Assembly: GCA_951406725.2 (NCBI GenBank)
Contig: OX597830.1
Location: 56,792,001-56,856,000 of the forward strand
Direction of reading: 5' to 3'
DNA length: 64,000 bases
DNA from: Octopus vulgaris
Taxonomy: Eukaryota
Position numbers and translations under genes: made by a program. The notes below the pieces were generated by a model, which made no database searches, was not told the DNA's origin, and saw only the letters and a program-made list of their open reading frames with translations. Position 1 is the first letter of the stretch. Each line of letters begins with the position of its first letter. Of this stretch, positions 13,319 to 28,164 are shown in pieces.

Positions 13319-14852
13319 CTGAAGATAAATAATTTTGTTGTAAAGCAGAGACAATTAACTATTTGTTAAGTTAATATTAATTGATGCATTTAACATTACA
13401 AAATAACAAACTATCAAGTTAAAAGATATTCTATTCAAAGTGAGATTTAATTAATATTTGATTTTTTCTTTACTGTGGTGGATGTAATGGAGAGAACCTC
13501 CACAATTATGATAATTAGTGGTTGAACTGAATGTTCCTAAACTTTTATTGTTTCCCTTCTGGAACAAGTATGCAAAAATCTGTTTTGGAAGTTTTCTTAT
13601 ATTGTAATTGCTTTAGTAAATACTATATCAAATGCTGCTATAGCAACTGCTAAGAAAAATGTTAAAAATCTCTCATCCTTGTTTTTCACTTCCCATCTCA
13701 GCTTATAAATTAAAATGGTGCTGAATGATTTGGCTTTAAAAGTGTCACAATAAAATCCCTGTGTAGGATTGAGGTAGCGAAAATACATGTCTGATAATAT
13801 ATAACCGATAAAATCTCAAGAAATACCTCTTTAGATAAAATATGAAAATATGGCTTTCTAATAGTTTAGTATTTTATAAACAGATTTATAAAAGAGACAA
13901 GCATTTAGTTATAAAATGGCACAATTGACTGCATTTTCCAGTTTCTATGAAGTCTTTGAACTATTGTCCCAGAGGTTAACAAACCCTGCTTCCCATCCAC
14001 CTGATTAGTAAACTTTTATTTACTGCTCACCAGATATCTTACTCTTAATCCTTTAGCAGTCAGATTAATTTGGCAAATTTAATGCTTATTTAGTGACATT
14101 GTTTTGAAATAATCATGCATTATCTCCTAGCTTCAAAATTTTGATGATATAATTGTTTATTTCTAGAATCACATTGTTGAGTAGGTGTGAAAAGCCAGAT
14201 CTGGCTTGTTTGAATATAAAAGAAGTAGAATATTTGGGCTGGATATGGCTGGTTTATTACTACATTGATAGTTACCGATAATCTGAACTCATAAACAGCA
14301 GTCATTTGACACATCACATTCTTACTTCCATTACTTCCAGAGACACATCTGAATCTCATTTTCAAATTATTTCATTCTTGGTAATGTATAGATAATTCTT
14401 CAATATCAATTTCCATCTTTCAACATAATTTACCCCTGGTTACTAATTGTGACGATTCAAGCTGAGTTAGCATTTCCTACTCTTGGAAAATAAAACTAAA
14501 ACTATGTGTAAATGGAAACTGAAAGAAGCTTGTGTGTATGTGTGTGTGTCTTATCTGAAAATATGTAATGAAAACAGATAAGGGTTGGTGACAGGAAAAG
14601 AATCATCCTGTAGGAAATATGCTTCCATGAATTCTGTGTAAGACATGCAAGCATGGCAGAGTGGACATTGAAACATTAAAGGTAATGATGATGATGATGA
14701 AGATAATGATGAGGAAGATGATGGCAGTATATACATCCAAACACACACACACACAGACTCACATTATTTACTCTGGTATCATGCAAGAAATTAAATATAG
14801 AAAATCAGGGCGATAATTTGGGAGAGAAGAGGGAATAGTATGGGTAAAGATA

Positions 14853-15280
14853 GGTGCAGGAGTGGCTGTGTGGTAAGTAGCTTGTTTACCAACCACATGG
14901 TTCCGGGTTCAGTCCCACTGCGTGGCACCTTGGGCAAGTGTCTTCTACTATAGCCTCGGGCCGACCAAAGACTTTTGAGTGGATTTGGTAGACGGAAACT
15001 GAAAGAAGCCCGTCGTATATATGTATATATATATATATATATATGAGTGTGTGTGCATGTGTGTTTGTGTGTCTGTGTTTGTCCCCCTAGCATTGCTTGA
15101 CAACCGATGCTGGTGTGTTTATGTCCCCGTTACTTAGTGGTTCGGCAAAAGAGACCTATAGAATAAGTACTGGGCTTACAAAAGAATAAGTCCTGGGGTC
15201 GAGTTGCTCGATTAAAGGCGGTGCTCCAGCATGGACGCAGTCAGATGACTGAAACAAGTAAAATAGTAAACTAGTAAAGA
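14853..15280 (+). mobile_element. tRNA-derived SINE, full copy
   Basis: Same family as 6041-6438; followed by (TA)n. Confidence 0.88.
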
Positions 15281-16056
15281 TATATATATATATATATATA
15301 TAATATATTCAGCATAAACTTGTGCAAATGAAGATATCAAAGGCAGTGACCCTGAGACATGTAATGACTAAAATATACAGTTTAATGCCACAGTATGTAT
15401 AGCAGGAAATTGTGTTTGTATTTTGGTGGTATGTAGCTTGAAAATTGCATTACAGACATGATACAAGTGAAAAATGTTCAGCATACACGTTGAAGTGAAA
15501 ATAATAAACATGTTGAGGAACAAATAATGAAAACATAAAAGTAAAAAGAAAAAAATGATTGCTCACAGTCAAGGCCGGATTTATAGTGGGGTAGAGTGGG
15601 CAACTGCCCTGGGCGTCTGTTAGATATTGGGAGCTGCCTGCTAAGAAGGGTATGTAACACTCAGGCATGAAGAGGCTCAGTTTGAATATACAAGGGTAGT
15701 TTGACTTCTTAAAAAATTGATGGGTTCTCTTTTATGATAAATCATCATCATTATCATTCAGTGTCCATTGTCTATGCTGGTATGAGTTGGATGAATTGAC
15801 CATAGCTAGCAAGCTAGAAGGCTGCACCAAACTCCAGTCTGATTTGGCATGGTTTCTGCAACTGGATGCTCTTCCTAACACCAACCACTCCAAGAGGGTA
15901 ATGGATGCTTTTACATGCCACTAGCAAGGGTGCCATATGCATGACACCAGCATCTGCAGCAACTGCAATTTTACTTGGCTTGAAGTAATTCTCAAGGGAA
16001 TTGTAAGCTGCTTTTGAGACAACAAAGAAAAGGGAAACAACAGAACACTCCTAGAA

Positions 16057-16158
16057 ATGTATGTATGTATTTATGTATGTATGTATGTATGTATGTATGT
16101 ATGTATGTATGTATGTATGTATGTATGTATGTATGTATGTATGTATGTATGTATGTAT
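16057..16158. repeat. (GTAT)n microsatellite
   Basis: Directly visible. Confidence 0.95.
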
Positions 16159-18742
16159 CAGTGAGTATATGTGTGTTTGTGTGTGAGTGTGTAAGTATGA
16201 ATGTATATAAAAATAAAGAGATTGATAGAAAGAAATTATTGTCTCTAGGCCAAATTCCTTCTTTTGACACATGACTGAGCAAATGAACTTTGGTTGACCA
16301 TTTGCAGTTAAAAGTGCACATGTGTGCGTGCACACACACACACACACATTTCTACTTCTAAACTTATTTCTGTGAGGCATTGAAAACTGGTTCTATTTTA
16401 TGAAACAAGTAAATAAATATGTAACAAAATTTTAATTTTGAATTTAGCTTTAATTGTATATATTATAAATTAGATCTTTCAACAGCTAAAAGCATTCTTT
16501 TTTGACTTTAGAATTATTGCATATACATTCAAATGTATTTCATTAAATTGAACCCTTTTTTTTTACTTATTTTTTCCTATATTTTTTGTCATTTTGTCAA
16601 ACACTTAGAAGTACGATATGGAAGTGGGACAAAATTGGGAACTGAGTCAAAATGAATAATTTCTGATTTCTTGTTACTTTTTCCCATTTTGTACCATTGC
16701 ATAATCTTTGGGAATAAAATTTGGTCGGTAGAGGTTACGTTGTTGGGAATAAAAATTGGTCAGTATAGTTTACATAATTGTTGCTGAAGTGGAAACTTTC
16801 AAACATAGGTGACAGGTGTTTATTTTCAAGAAATTTTTCCTCAAATTTGACCCAACTGTAATTGAAGTTGCTCAAAAAATATCTATAATTTTTGAAAAAG
16901 CTACACAGAATATTTTTTGTTGAATTTTTAGATTTCATTGAGTTTCATTAATTTCATATCATGTGCTATTTTTCTATGATCCTCTTTCATTTGTCCAAGA
17001 TATTTCAAATTTGTTGCATTTCTGATCTGTTTGATGTCTAAGGATGGATGCTTATGTGTATAACTTTTTTTTCAAATGCAGTTCTGGACAACTCTACAGG
17101 CAAATTTACCTTATCTTGTCTTATTCATTTTGCCCCGCCTGAATTTGTTTTCTGTATACTCAAAAAGAAAAGTTATAATTTTCTGAGGTAGTGTTCTATA
17201 TGTTATAAACTGTACTGCATTTAAAGAAGGTTTTTATTTAGCTCAAATAATTATTTTATGTGAATATTTATAAAAAATATATTTTCTTCAAAGTCAAAAG
17301 TGCAGTAAATATTACTCATTGTGCCCCACCTACCCTCTTCTGGCAACTGGAAAAGCAGACTTTAGGAAATAGCTGTTTGAATTTCGCTCCCTTTTTTTCC
17401 CCACACATGGCAAAATAATGAAGAAAAGTCACTTTAAAAGAATTTTAAAAAAATCTGTCTTCTAAATGTTGGTGTCTTCTCCCCACCACACTCTCTCTCT
17501 CACACATACACACCCATTCATCATGCCTTTGGAAAAGCAACAACTATGAAAATGATTTTTCTTTCTTTGTCATAATTTTCTGTAATTTTATCTTATTCTA
17601 CATTCTGAAACATTTGTATCTTATGTTAAAAGAAAAATATCTTACTCACCTTTTCCCTCCTTAATTGTACTTTTTGCAATGAAGGAAAACTACTGCCGCA
17701 AGTGGATGTGTGAAAAACAAAATTTGAATTTTGGAAAGTGTATCTATAAAGTGACACTTTTAGTCATTTATTTAGACTTTCTCTACTAACTCATCAAATT
17801 CAATGACTTGAAATAGATGGGTTTTGAGGTTTAAATATGGTAATTTTCTTAGATGCTTCCTTGTGTATAAGAGGTCCACTGAACTTGAAGTGCTCTGGGC
17901 ACCCCATCGTTTAAATCCGTACAAAATTTTAGCCTAAAGTTATAGAATTTACCAAAAAGAACAGCAGTACATACAACCTCTAAGAAATTTGATGTTGTCA
18001 AGGGCAACATTAGACTAAGAAAAGAAAAAAAAACAGAAAAAAGGCCAACATCTTTAAAACAAAAGTTACTGTGCAAAACAGGAACCATGGAAGTTTTAGT
18101 ATTTGTGTTTTATGTGTTTATAATTTATATCTTCTCAGTCACATTATCAAAATATATCAGAAAGAATCAGGAAAGTATTATTTTAATAATGCAGCCAATA
18201 CGAACAATTTCTAGATTAAGTGTAAAAAAAACATCTATTTTGGAGGAGGGTTGATGGAATACATTAAAAACCAGCAGAAGATGGGAATTGTCTTTTCCTC
18301 TCACCAACATGAACCAGTCCATGTTGACATTAATTTGAATAGAGTTCATGTGTAACCAAACTTATTTATTAAAATAATCATAAAATAATATTGTGTCTTT
18401 CTCTAACACTTCACTAGTTTTGTCTTTGTAATTATCTTTCTCACGATACAGTTATTATCATTTTTTCTTTTAGTGTCTCAGTTCATTGTTCTCATTACTA
18501 TCTAGTACCTGTAAAGTTACAGAAGAGTACACAAATAAAATTGGAAAATAATAGTTTATTTTCTTGACTGCATTATCAAGTAATAACCATTTTTTCCATG
18601 TTAACATGGTCTTAATACTTTGACAAGATCAGGTAAGTGAGAGGACCATGAAAGAGAAATGAGGGAGTCATAGATGCAGGTTGCAGATGAAGAGGGTACA
18701 ACTGATTTACTGAGCTGAAAAAAATTCAGTCTCATAACTTAC

Positions 18743-18988
18743 CATTTCCTTAATCATTACAAGTTTTGGTCCAAGATTTTTGTCAATTGAGAACATATGA
18801 AGAAACCGGATGTAAAAAGAGATCAAATTTAAACAGAATATCACTCTCGCAGTCTCCGCCACATCCAGCGATCGAAAAATGTATCCAAGGATGAACAATA
18901 CAATAGTTATAACATCGTTAATGTTCCAAGCACTATGGATGTACTTCTTGAATTTTGACCTAATTGACAGAGAACGTTTTGTTAACAC
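18743..18988 (-). CDS. TRPM: TRPM-family channel exon (S2-S3 linker, S3, S4, S4-S5 linker)
   Basis: Encodes VLTKRSLSIRSKFKKYIHSAWNINDVITIVLFILG...ARVIFCLNLISFYIRFLHMFSIDKNLGPKLVMIKEM. AG acceptor at 18989-18990, GTAAGT donor starting at 18742; 246 bp, phase 0-0. Confidence 0.92.
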
Positions 18989-19044
18989 CTGAAATATAAG
19001 TAGAAAACACAGTCAAATAGGATATTTACACATACAAAAACATG

Positions 19045-19075
<31 letters not shown>

Positions 19076-19077
19076 TA

Positions 19078-19228
19078 TTTTTTCAGTCATTTGACTGTGA
19101 CCATGCTGTGGCACTACATTGAAATGTTTTAGTTTAGTGAATTGACCCAGGCTTTATTATTTTAAAGCCTGGAACTTATGTTATTGGTCACCTTTGCCAA
19201 GCTGCTAAGTTACAGTGCCTTAAACACA
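19078..19228 (-). mobile_element. Degenerate 3' half of the tRNA-derived SINE
   Basis: tttcagtcatttgactgtgaccatgctg matches the SINE tail. Confidence 0.6.
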
Positions 19229-19840
19229 TTCACATCATTTGTCAGAATGCATGTTGAAGATCGGCTTGTGTAAGACAGAAGAAAGCTGATGTTGACTTGT
19301 TGAAAGCAGTGGGTAGAAAGAAAGTTGGTAGCCCTCCAGTCTGCGGCCAGAGAGAGGAGGAGGAGTGAGAGAGAAAGAGAAAGAGAGAGGGGAGGAGTGA
19401 GAGAGAGAGGAGGAGGATTGAGAGAGAGAGAGGAGGAGGAGTGAGAGAGAGAGAGAGAGGAAAAAAACCCAGAAAGGGCGAAAAATAAGGAGAGAAACAG
19501 GTAGAGAGGAAGACAGACAGGCAGGGAGGAAAGGTCAAGTAAAGAGTTAAGAGTGCACGTCATAATTATTGAAATAATAACTTACTTGGAAGAAGAAGAA
19601 GAAAAACGACGTGTGCGTTCAATCATATAATAACAATTTAATAAATAAAACACATGCATACATACATACATATATGTTCATACCTCCATCTGTATGTATA
19701 TATACATGCATATATGAGTACAGGACACCACAAATAAACATAGAACACAACAAGAAACAAAAACATAAAACCAAACAAGGAATCGGACTTTTTTTTAACA
19801 ACGAAAAAACAGAGTACAGGACAACCAACGCAAGGAACAT

Positions 19841-19903
19841 TCCCCTTCTTCAGCTGCCCCTGTTTCGACTCAATGCGTGTTTCGAAGGTAAGGGCAGAAC
19901 ACG
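19841..19903 (-). ncRNA. Candidate non-circularly permuted hammerhead ribozyme
   Basis: CGTG-T-T-CTGCCCTT-A-CCTTC-GAAA-CACG-(14 nt)-AGGGGCAG-CTGAAGA-A-GGGG: both canonical core blocks are present with three pairable stems in non-circular order. Confidence 0.55.
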
Positions 19904-19967
19904 ATCCGGCCGAAGCAGTCTTTCCTGCAAAATGAATTAAATAAAAAATTTTTGCGGAGGGGTAAAA

Positions 19968-19998
<31 letters not shown>

Positions 19999-20254
19999 TA
20001 GAGAAAAATCACTATTTTGCAATTCATAATATATATATATTATATATATATGACTGCTAACTCCAAAAGTTATTTTTATTCTCTCTCTGTTTATTTCCTC
20101 ATGATCCTTTCTGTTGAAGAGCATATGCTCAAAATATAAAAGACTTTCTCACCTTCCTGAGTGTCAAACTAAAACACCAGCTTGTTGTTTATACACCTGT
20201 CTTCATCTTTTGTTTTTCTGTAAATTTCAACTATATATATGTGTGTGTGTAAAT

Positions 20255-20612
20255 ATGTTTGTGTGTCTGTGTTTGTCTCCCCCAACATCAACTGACAAAC
20301 GATGCTGGTGTATTTACATCCCTGTAACTTAGTGGTTTGGCAAAAGCGACCAAAAGAATAAGTACAAGACTTACAAAGAATAAGTCCTAGGGTAGATTTG
20401 GCTGACTAAGGGTGATGCTTCAGCATGGCTGCAGTCAAATGACTGAAGCAAGTAAAAGAATATATATATACGGGCTTCTTTCAGTTTCCATTTTCCCAAT
20501 CCACTCACAAGGCTTTAGTAGAACACTCTTACCCAAGTTTCCACGCGGTGAGACAACCTGGAACCATGTGCTTGAGAAGCAATCTTATCACCACACAACC
20601 ATGCCTGCTCCT
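20255..20612. mobile_element. tRNA-SINE pieces: 3' half on + (to about 20460) and 5' half on - (about 20470-20612)
   Basis: Similarity to 14853-15280. Confidence 0.7.
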
Positions 20613-20666
20613 ATTATATATATACATACATACATACATACATATATATATACATATATATAGATG

Positions 20667-20713
<47 letters not shown>

Positions 20714-20724
20714 TGATAGAAAGA

Positions 20725-22200
20725 TATCATCATCATTATCATCGACGTTAAACGTCCACGTTTCATGCTGGCATGGGTTGGACGGTTTGACTGAGGACTG
20801 GCAAGACAGAAGTCTGCACCAAGTCCTGGCATCAACTATATTTGAATGGTGCTTTTTATGTGCCCCCAGCACAGGACCCAGTCAGGCATGACTGGCAGCA
20901 ATCATGCTCGAATGTAGCTTTTTATGGGTCACTGGCACAGGAGCCATTCAGATGGTACTGTCATTGGCCATGACGATGACTTCACTTGACTCAACAGGTC
21001 TTTGCGAGTGCAGTTAATTGCCCAATAAATCAAGAGTACTCTTACATGGGCATATTATGCTACACTGGCATAGTTGACAGTTACAGTCTCACTTGGCTTG
21101 CCAGGTCTTCTCAAGTACAGCATGTCTCCAAAGGTCATACAGTCTACCTTTTACTCTGAGCAAGAGGCCCTTTGTCACCTGCAGAGGTAGGAGCTCTCTG
21201 AACTTTGCCTAGGCTATTCATATTCTAGCAGCTACACCTTCAGAGCATCTACCCCTGCTGCTGACTTGATGGAAGCTGTTTCCTGAACATTTTCAGTGTT
21301 TATTGCCCTTGAGCATTTGCCATACACAAAAACTATCTTCCCAGTTAGCTTTTCTTTGAAATTGCTGCACCTCTCATGTGTCCATAGTTTACACCAGGTA
21401 CACCTTCTACCTATGCATTTTCTACCGACTGAGCATAGAGAAGCTCCTAGGGTCATCCTGCCTTGAATTCCTCTGTTATTGCCTGGAGGACTATGATGAA
21501 TAAGAGGTGGCTGAGAACTGATCCTTAGTGGACCCCTACCTCTACCCAGAATTCTTCACTGTACTGGTTGCCAACCCTCACCTTAGTGACAGCATACTTC
21601 ACCTGGGAATATTTTGGCATTTATAAGTAGCCATCTTTCCCATTTCCTGGTGAGGATGTAGTCAGTTTGACTAGTGTGTACACCACATTGATAGTTGAAT
21701 AGGTGACTGGCAGTTTTCCTGAAGTTAGTATTGCAAACCAGAAGATCATTTGCATCGCAGAACTCCACCAGCCTGGTTCCTTCCTCATTGCGAAAACCAA
21801 AGCCATAGCCTCTATATATGCCATGGAAGCTTCCAGCATGTTGTCCAGCATGCCCTTGAAGTCGCCAGCCACAAAGAGAAGGCCCCTGTCATTCATCGAT
21901 GAGGTAGTCAGCAAGAGGGTGTCATAAAACCAGTCTTTCTGTTCATTAGGGGGCCCCAGCTGAGAGGCATAGGCAGAGATAATGGTTGCTATCCCATGTT
22001 GCAGCACTAATCTAAGCATCAGTATTCAATCACAGACTCTGACTACCTCGATTACCTTATCAACCCATTTCTCTGTATGAAGTTTACACACACTACTAAC
22101 CCTATCACTGTTCTCTGCCAGAAAACCGTATACAAATGTACTTTGCCTGTCAGGAACCTAGCAGAACTTCCTCCCCACATTACTTCTTGGATGCAGCACA
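20725..22200 (-). mobile_element. RTE-clade LINE, internally deleted
   Basis: AP-endonuclease motifs (IISAYA, VAGDF, QTDYIL), an RT piece (GSVLSHLLF), a Cys-rich CTWCKLWTHERCS segment and a (GAT)n tail. Confidence 0.82.
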
Positions 22201-22240
22201 AATATATATATATATATAATGTATATGTATGTATATATGG

Positions 22241-22307
<67 letters not shown>

Positions 22308-22680
22308 CATATATATATATCCATATATACATACATATACATTATATATATATATATATTTGTGCTGCATCCAAGAAGTAATGTGGGGAGGAAGTTCTGC
22401 TAGGTTCCTGACAGGCAAAGTACATTTGTATACGGTTTTCTGGCAGAGAACAGTGATAGGGTTAGTAGTGTGTGTAAACTTCATACAGAGAAATGGGTTG
22501 ATAAGGTAATCGAGGTAGTCAGAGTCTGTGATTGAATACTTATGCTTAGATTAGTGCTGCAACATGGGATAGCAACCATTATCTCCGCCTATGCCTCTCA
22601 GCTGGGGCCCCCTAATGAACAGAAAGACTGGTTTTATGACACCCTCTTGCTGACTACCTCATCGATGAATGACAGGGGCC

Positions 22681-22681
<1 letters not shown>
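21880..22681. repeat. About 800-bp near-perfect palindrome centred in (AT)n
   Basis: Mirror ORFs 22052-22342(-) and 22219-22509(+); paired arm coordinates sum to 44561. Confidence 0.95.
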
Positions 22682-22721
<40 letters not shown>

Positions 22722-22778
22722 GTATCATCATCATCATCATCATCATTTAGCGTCCGTTTTCCATGCTAGCATGGGTTG

Positions 22779-23469
<691 letters not shown>

Positions 23470-23569
23470 CATTATTCTTTTATCATTTTATCATTATTCT
23501 TTTACAAAAAACATTGCAATTTTCTTTTTTCCCCTTTCTAATTTTTAAAAAAACTTCTTAAAACATAAA

Positions 23570-23610
23570 TATTCTTGACAAGTCATACATTGACGAAAAC
23601 CGGTTGAATA
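23570..23610 (+). ncRNA. Minimal hammerhead-like motif, U3-A8 core variant
   Basis: TATTC-TTGACAA-GTCA tacat TGAC-GAAAA-CCGG-TT-GAATA. Confidence 0.55.
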
Positions 23611-23703
23611 AATATATATATTTATATATTTTATCATTTTCTCATTTTATTAAAATTTTCTTTCATTTGAGCATTCTGCATTTTAAAAAAAAATTTTCCT
23701 TAC

Positions 23704-23738
<35 letters not shown>

Positions 23739-23745
23739 GTAAATA

Positions 23746-23850
<105 letters not shown>

Positions 23851-23884
23851 GTATATATATATGTATATATATATATATGTATAT

Positions 23885-24116
<232 letters not shown>

Positions 24117-24119
24117 CTC

Positions 24120-25192
24120 CCTGTCTTGGGGCCACTGATGTTCATAGTGGCCCTTTCAGACATGCCTTCAGTTGCTACGATGACCACCCTTGCTAGCTAT
24201 GCAGATGACACAAAAGTCTCCCACGCAATACAAAACCCTGAAAATAATGCGCATCTGCAACATGAGCTGGACACAATATACAGGTGGGCTGAGGACAACA
24301 ACATGCAGTTTAATGCAGGTAAGTTCCAGGCCCTGCGCTACTGGCACACAAAGGTAAATGACGTGAAGACTGGATACACTGGCCCAGGAAGAATTGCAAT
24401 CCCTGAGTCAAAATCAGTGCGTGACCTGGGCATTGACATGAGCAATGATGCATCTTTCCAAATGCATATTGCTAATCTGGTGATAAAATGCAGACGGCTA
24501 GCTGGATGGATTCTCCGAACTTTCAGAACAAGAGGGAAGGCGACACTGATGGTCCCATGGAAAACATTCGTCCTCAGCTGCTTGGACTACAGCTCCCAAC
24601 TTTAGTCACCACACAATATAAAACTAACAACAGAACTCGAAGCAATTCAGAGAAGCTACACAAAGAAAATCGTCTCAATGCAAAATATCAGCTACTGGGA
24701 AAGACTGAAGGTATTAAACCTCTTCTCCCTAGAGCGGAGGCGGGAGAGATATGCGGTGATATACATCTGGAAAATCCTGGAGGGTCTTGTCCCAAACTTT
24801 GGCATTCAAAGTTACTCCAACCGCAGAACGGGGCGCCACTGCATGGTGCCAAGGATTCCAACATCATCATCAAAATACAGGTCCAGATACTGAAACAGCT
24901 TGGGTTTCAGAGGACCACAGCTCTTTAACATCCTCCCTAAATGCCTGAGAGACTTACATGGTGTGGATGTAGGTTTCTTTAAAACTAAACTGGATCTCTT
25001 CTTGTTGGGAGTCCCAGATGAACCTACCTCACGACAGGAGACGCGGATGCGGGCAGCAGCATCGAACTCCCTTGTTGATCAAGTGCCACGTATCAGAGGT
25101 GGATTCACAAATTAGTGTAGCTCATTCAGCTGTGGTGCCCCAGCATGGCCGCGGCCTTCGGGCTAAAACATTTTAAAGGATTTAAGGATTTA
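24120..25192 (+). mobile_element. CR1-group LINE 3' fragment, lineage C
   Basis: [22 protein letters not shown]; AAGGATTT repeat tail; near-identical to 40954-42015. Confidence 0.92.
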
Positions 25193-25209
25193 TATATACA
25201 TATATATAC

Positions 25210-25274
<65 letters not shown>

Positions 25275-25322
25275 ATAGGATATATATATACCTATATATA
25301 TACATGTATGCATATATATAGG

Positions 25323-25415
<93 letters not shown>

Positions 25416-25464
25416 ATATATATATATATGTATATATATATATGTATATGTATATGTATATATA

Positions 25465-27671
25465 TCAGACATCGACGTGAAACTTCAACAATTCATGTCT
25501 GTAATGCAAGCCATATGCTACAAATGTGTCCCAGAGAGAAAGGCCACTGTACACAAGAACAAAATCCCCAGAGAGAGGAAGATTTTAATGGGACGGCGTA
25601 CAAAAATTTCAAATCGCCTAAACAAACAAATTGAAAGCAGTGAAAAGTCCCGCCTAAAAATAAAACTGTTGGAAATTGAAAAATGTCTGCAACTCTCCCA
25701 TGAAAAGGAAAGAGCAGACAAAGAAGCCTGGGCTATAGACAACATAAAATCTAACCCCAGAGCTTTCTACAGGTATGCCAAAGAAACAGCTACGGTTCAC
25801 TGTAGGATAGGACCACTCCTTGAAAAGGATGGCACACTCACAGGAAAACCAATGAGGGTAAGTGAAATACTGAATGAGCAATTCAAGAGTGTTTTCACTC
25901 CACCCCTTGGGCATCTCCAAATCACCAATCCAACTGACTTCTTTACCACTGCAGATATAAAATCAGAGGCGGCGACGATAAATTACGTCGATATAAAGGA
26001 AGACGATGTAATCAAGGCTATAGATGAAATGAAAACAGACTCAGCTACTGGCCACGTAGGATTCCCGGCAATCCTCCTAAAAGTATGTAAGAGAGTCCTA
26101 GCAAGACCACTGCAGTTCCTCTTTCAGAGCTTCCTTGCAGCTGGCAAACTTACAAGAAAACTGAAGGAAGGTAAAATATGCCCTATTCATAAAGGAGGTA
26201 GCAGAGCGGAGGCCAAGAACTACAGACCTATCTCTCTGACCTCACACATCAGCAAGGTCATGGAACGAATAGTCAGAAGGAAACTGATCACCTTCCTTGA
26301 AGAAAATGACTTGCTGCCTGACACCCAACATGGTTTCCGACCAGGGAGAAGCTAATTAACTCAGCTCCTACAACACTATGACTGGGTGCTGAAACGACTG
26401 CTCAGCCACTCAAATGTGGTAGTGATATATCTCGACTTTGCAAAGGCCTTTGATAAAGTCGATCATGGTATGATATGTCACAAACTGCGTGATCTCAGCA
26501 TAGTTGGAAAACTGGGAGAATGGCTTCATGACTTTCTGAAAGATAGAAGTCAGGTGGCTAGTAGCCAATGGGGCCACTTCCATTAGCACGCAAATAGTGA
26601 GCGGTGTTCCGCAGGGCACTGTTCTGGGACCACTACTGTTCATAATGGCCCTCTCAGAATGCCCTCAGCCACGCAGAGAGCCACGATCACAAGTTATGCA
26701 GATGATACAAAAGTTTCACAGGCAATACAGAACCCTGAGGACACTAAACGCCTGCAATGTGAGCTGGACAAAATATACAAGTGGGCTGAAAAGAATAGCA
26801 TGCAGTTCAATGCTGAAAAGTTTCAAGCTTTATACTATCAGCATGTAAAACTAAATGCAATACCCAATGAATACACTGGACCCGGAGGAACTGCAATCGC
26901 AGAGGCACAATTAGTGCGTGACCTGGGTATTTACATGAGTGATGACGCAACCTTTCGTGTACATGTTGCTAAATTGACAATGAAATGTAGACGACTGGCC
27001 GGATGGATTCTCAGAAACTTTAGAACAAGAGAACAAGAAACCATGATGGTCCTCTGGAGGACACTTGTCCTAAGCCACTTTGACTATTGCTCTCAGCTAT
27101 GGTCACCATCCAGTGTCAAGTTGATCACAGAACTTGAGGCGATCCAACGTAGCTACACGAAGAAGATAGCCACTATGCAGGATATAAGCTACTGGGAAAG
27201 ACTCAAGAGATTAAAACTCTATTCCTGGAGCGTAGGAGAGAAAGATATGCCATAATATACATCTGGAAGATCCTAGAGGGACTTGTCCCAAACTTTGGCA
27301 TCGAGAGTTACACGAATGCCAGAACTGGGCGCCACTGCGTGGTGCCTAGGACTCCAAATTTGCAATGAAGATATAGGACAAGGTACTGTGATAGCCTGGG
27401 CTTCCGAGGCCCACAGCTCTTCAATATCCTCCCGAAGAATCTAAGAGACCTGCATGGGGTGGGCGCAGATGTCTTTAAAATGAAACTGGATCTCTTCTTG
27501 TCAGGTATCCCAGATGAACCAACTTCACGGCAGGAGGTGCAGATGAGGACAGCTGCATCGAACTCTCATGCACCAAATGGCAGTTGCTAGAGGGCATTCG
27601 TGAAGTAAAACCATGTAGCAACACCAAATGGCGGTGCTGCAGCATGGCCACAGCTCATGAGCTGAAACTAG

Positions 27672-27708
<37 letters not shown>
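25465..27708 (+). mobile_element. CR1-group LINE, 5'-truncated, lineage A
   Basis: [47 protein letters not shown]; (ATCA)n tail; contains stops and frameshifts. Confidence 0.93.
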
Positions 27709-27709
<1 letters not shown>

Positions 27710-27717
27710 ATATATAT

Positions 27718-27835
<118 letters not shown>

Positions 27836-27898
27836 GTATGTATATATATATACATATATATATATGTATGTATATATATATATACATATATATATATG

Positions 27899-27987
<89 letters not shown>

Positions 27988-28051
27988 ATATATATATACA
28001 TACATATATATATATATATATATACATATATATATACATATATATATATGC

Positions 28052-28113
<62 letters not shown>

Positions 28114-28116
28114 ATA

Positions 28117-28163
<47 letters not shown>

Positions 28164-28164
<1 letters not shown>

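Noticed and set aside
15568-17345. Terminal-inverted-repeat-like remnants (aggccggattt..., gtgccccacctaccct)
   Set aside because: No matching partner end or transposase could be established.
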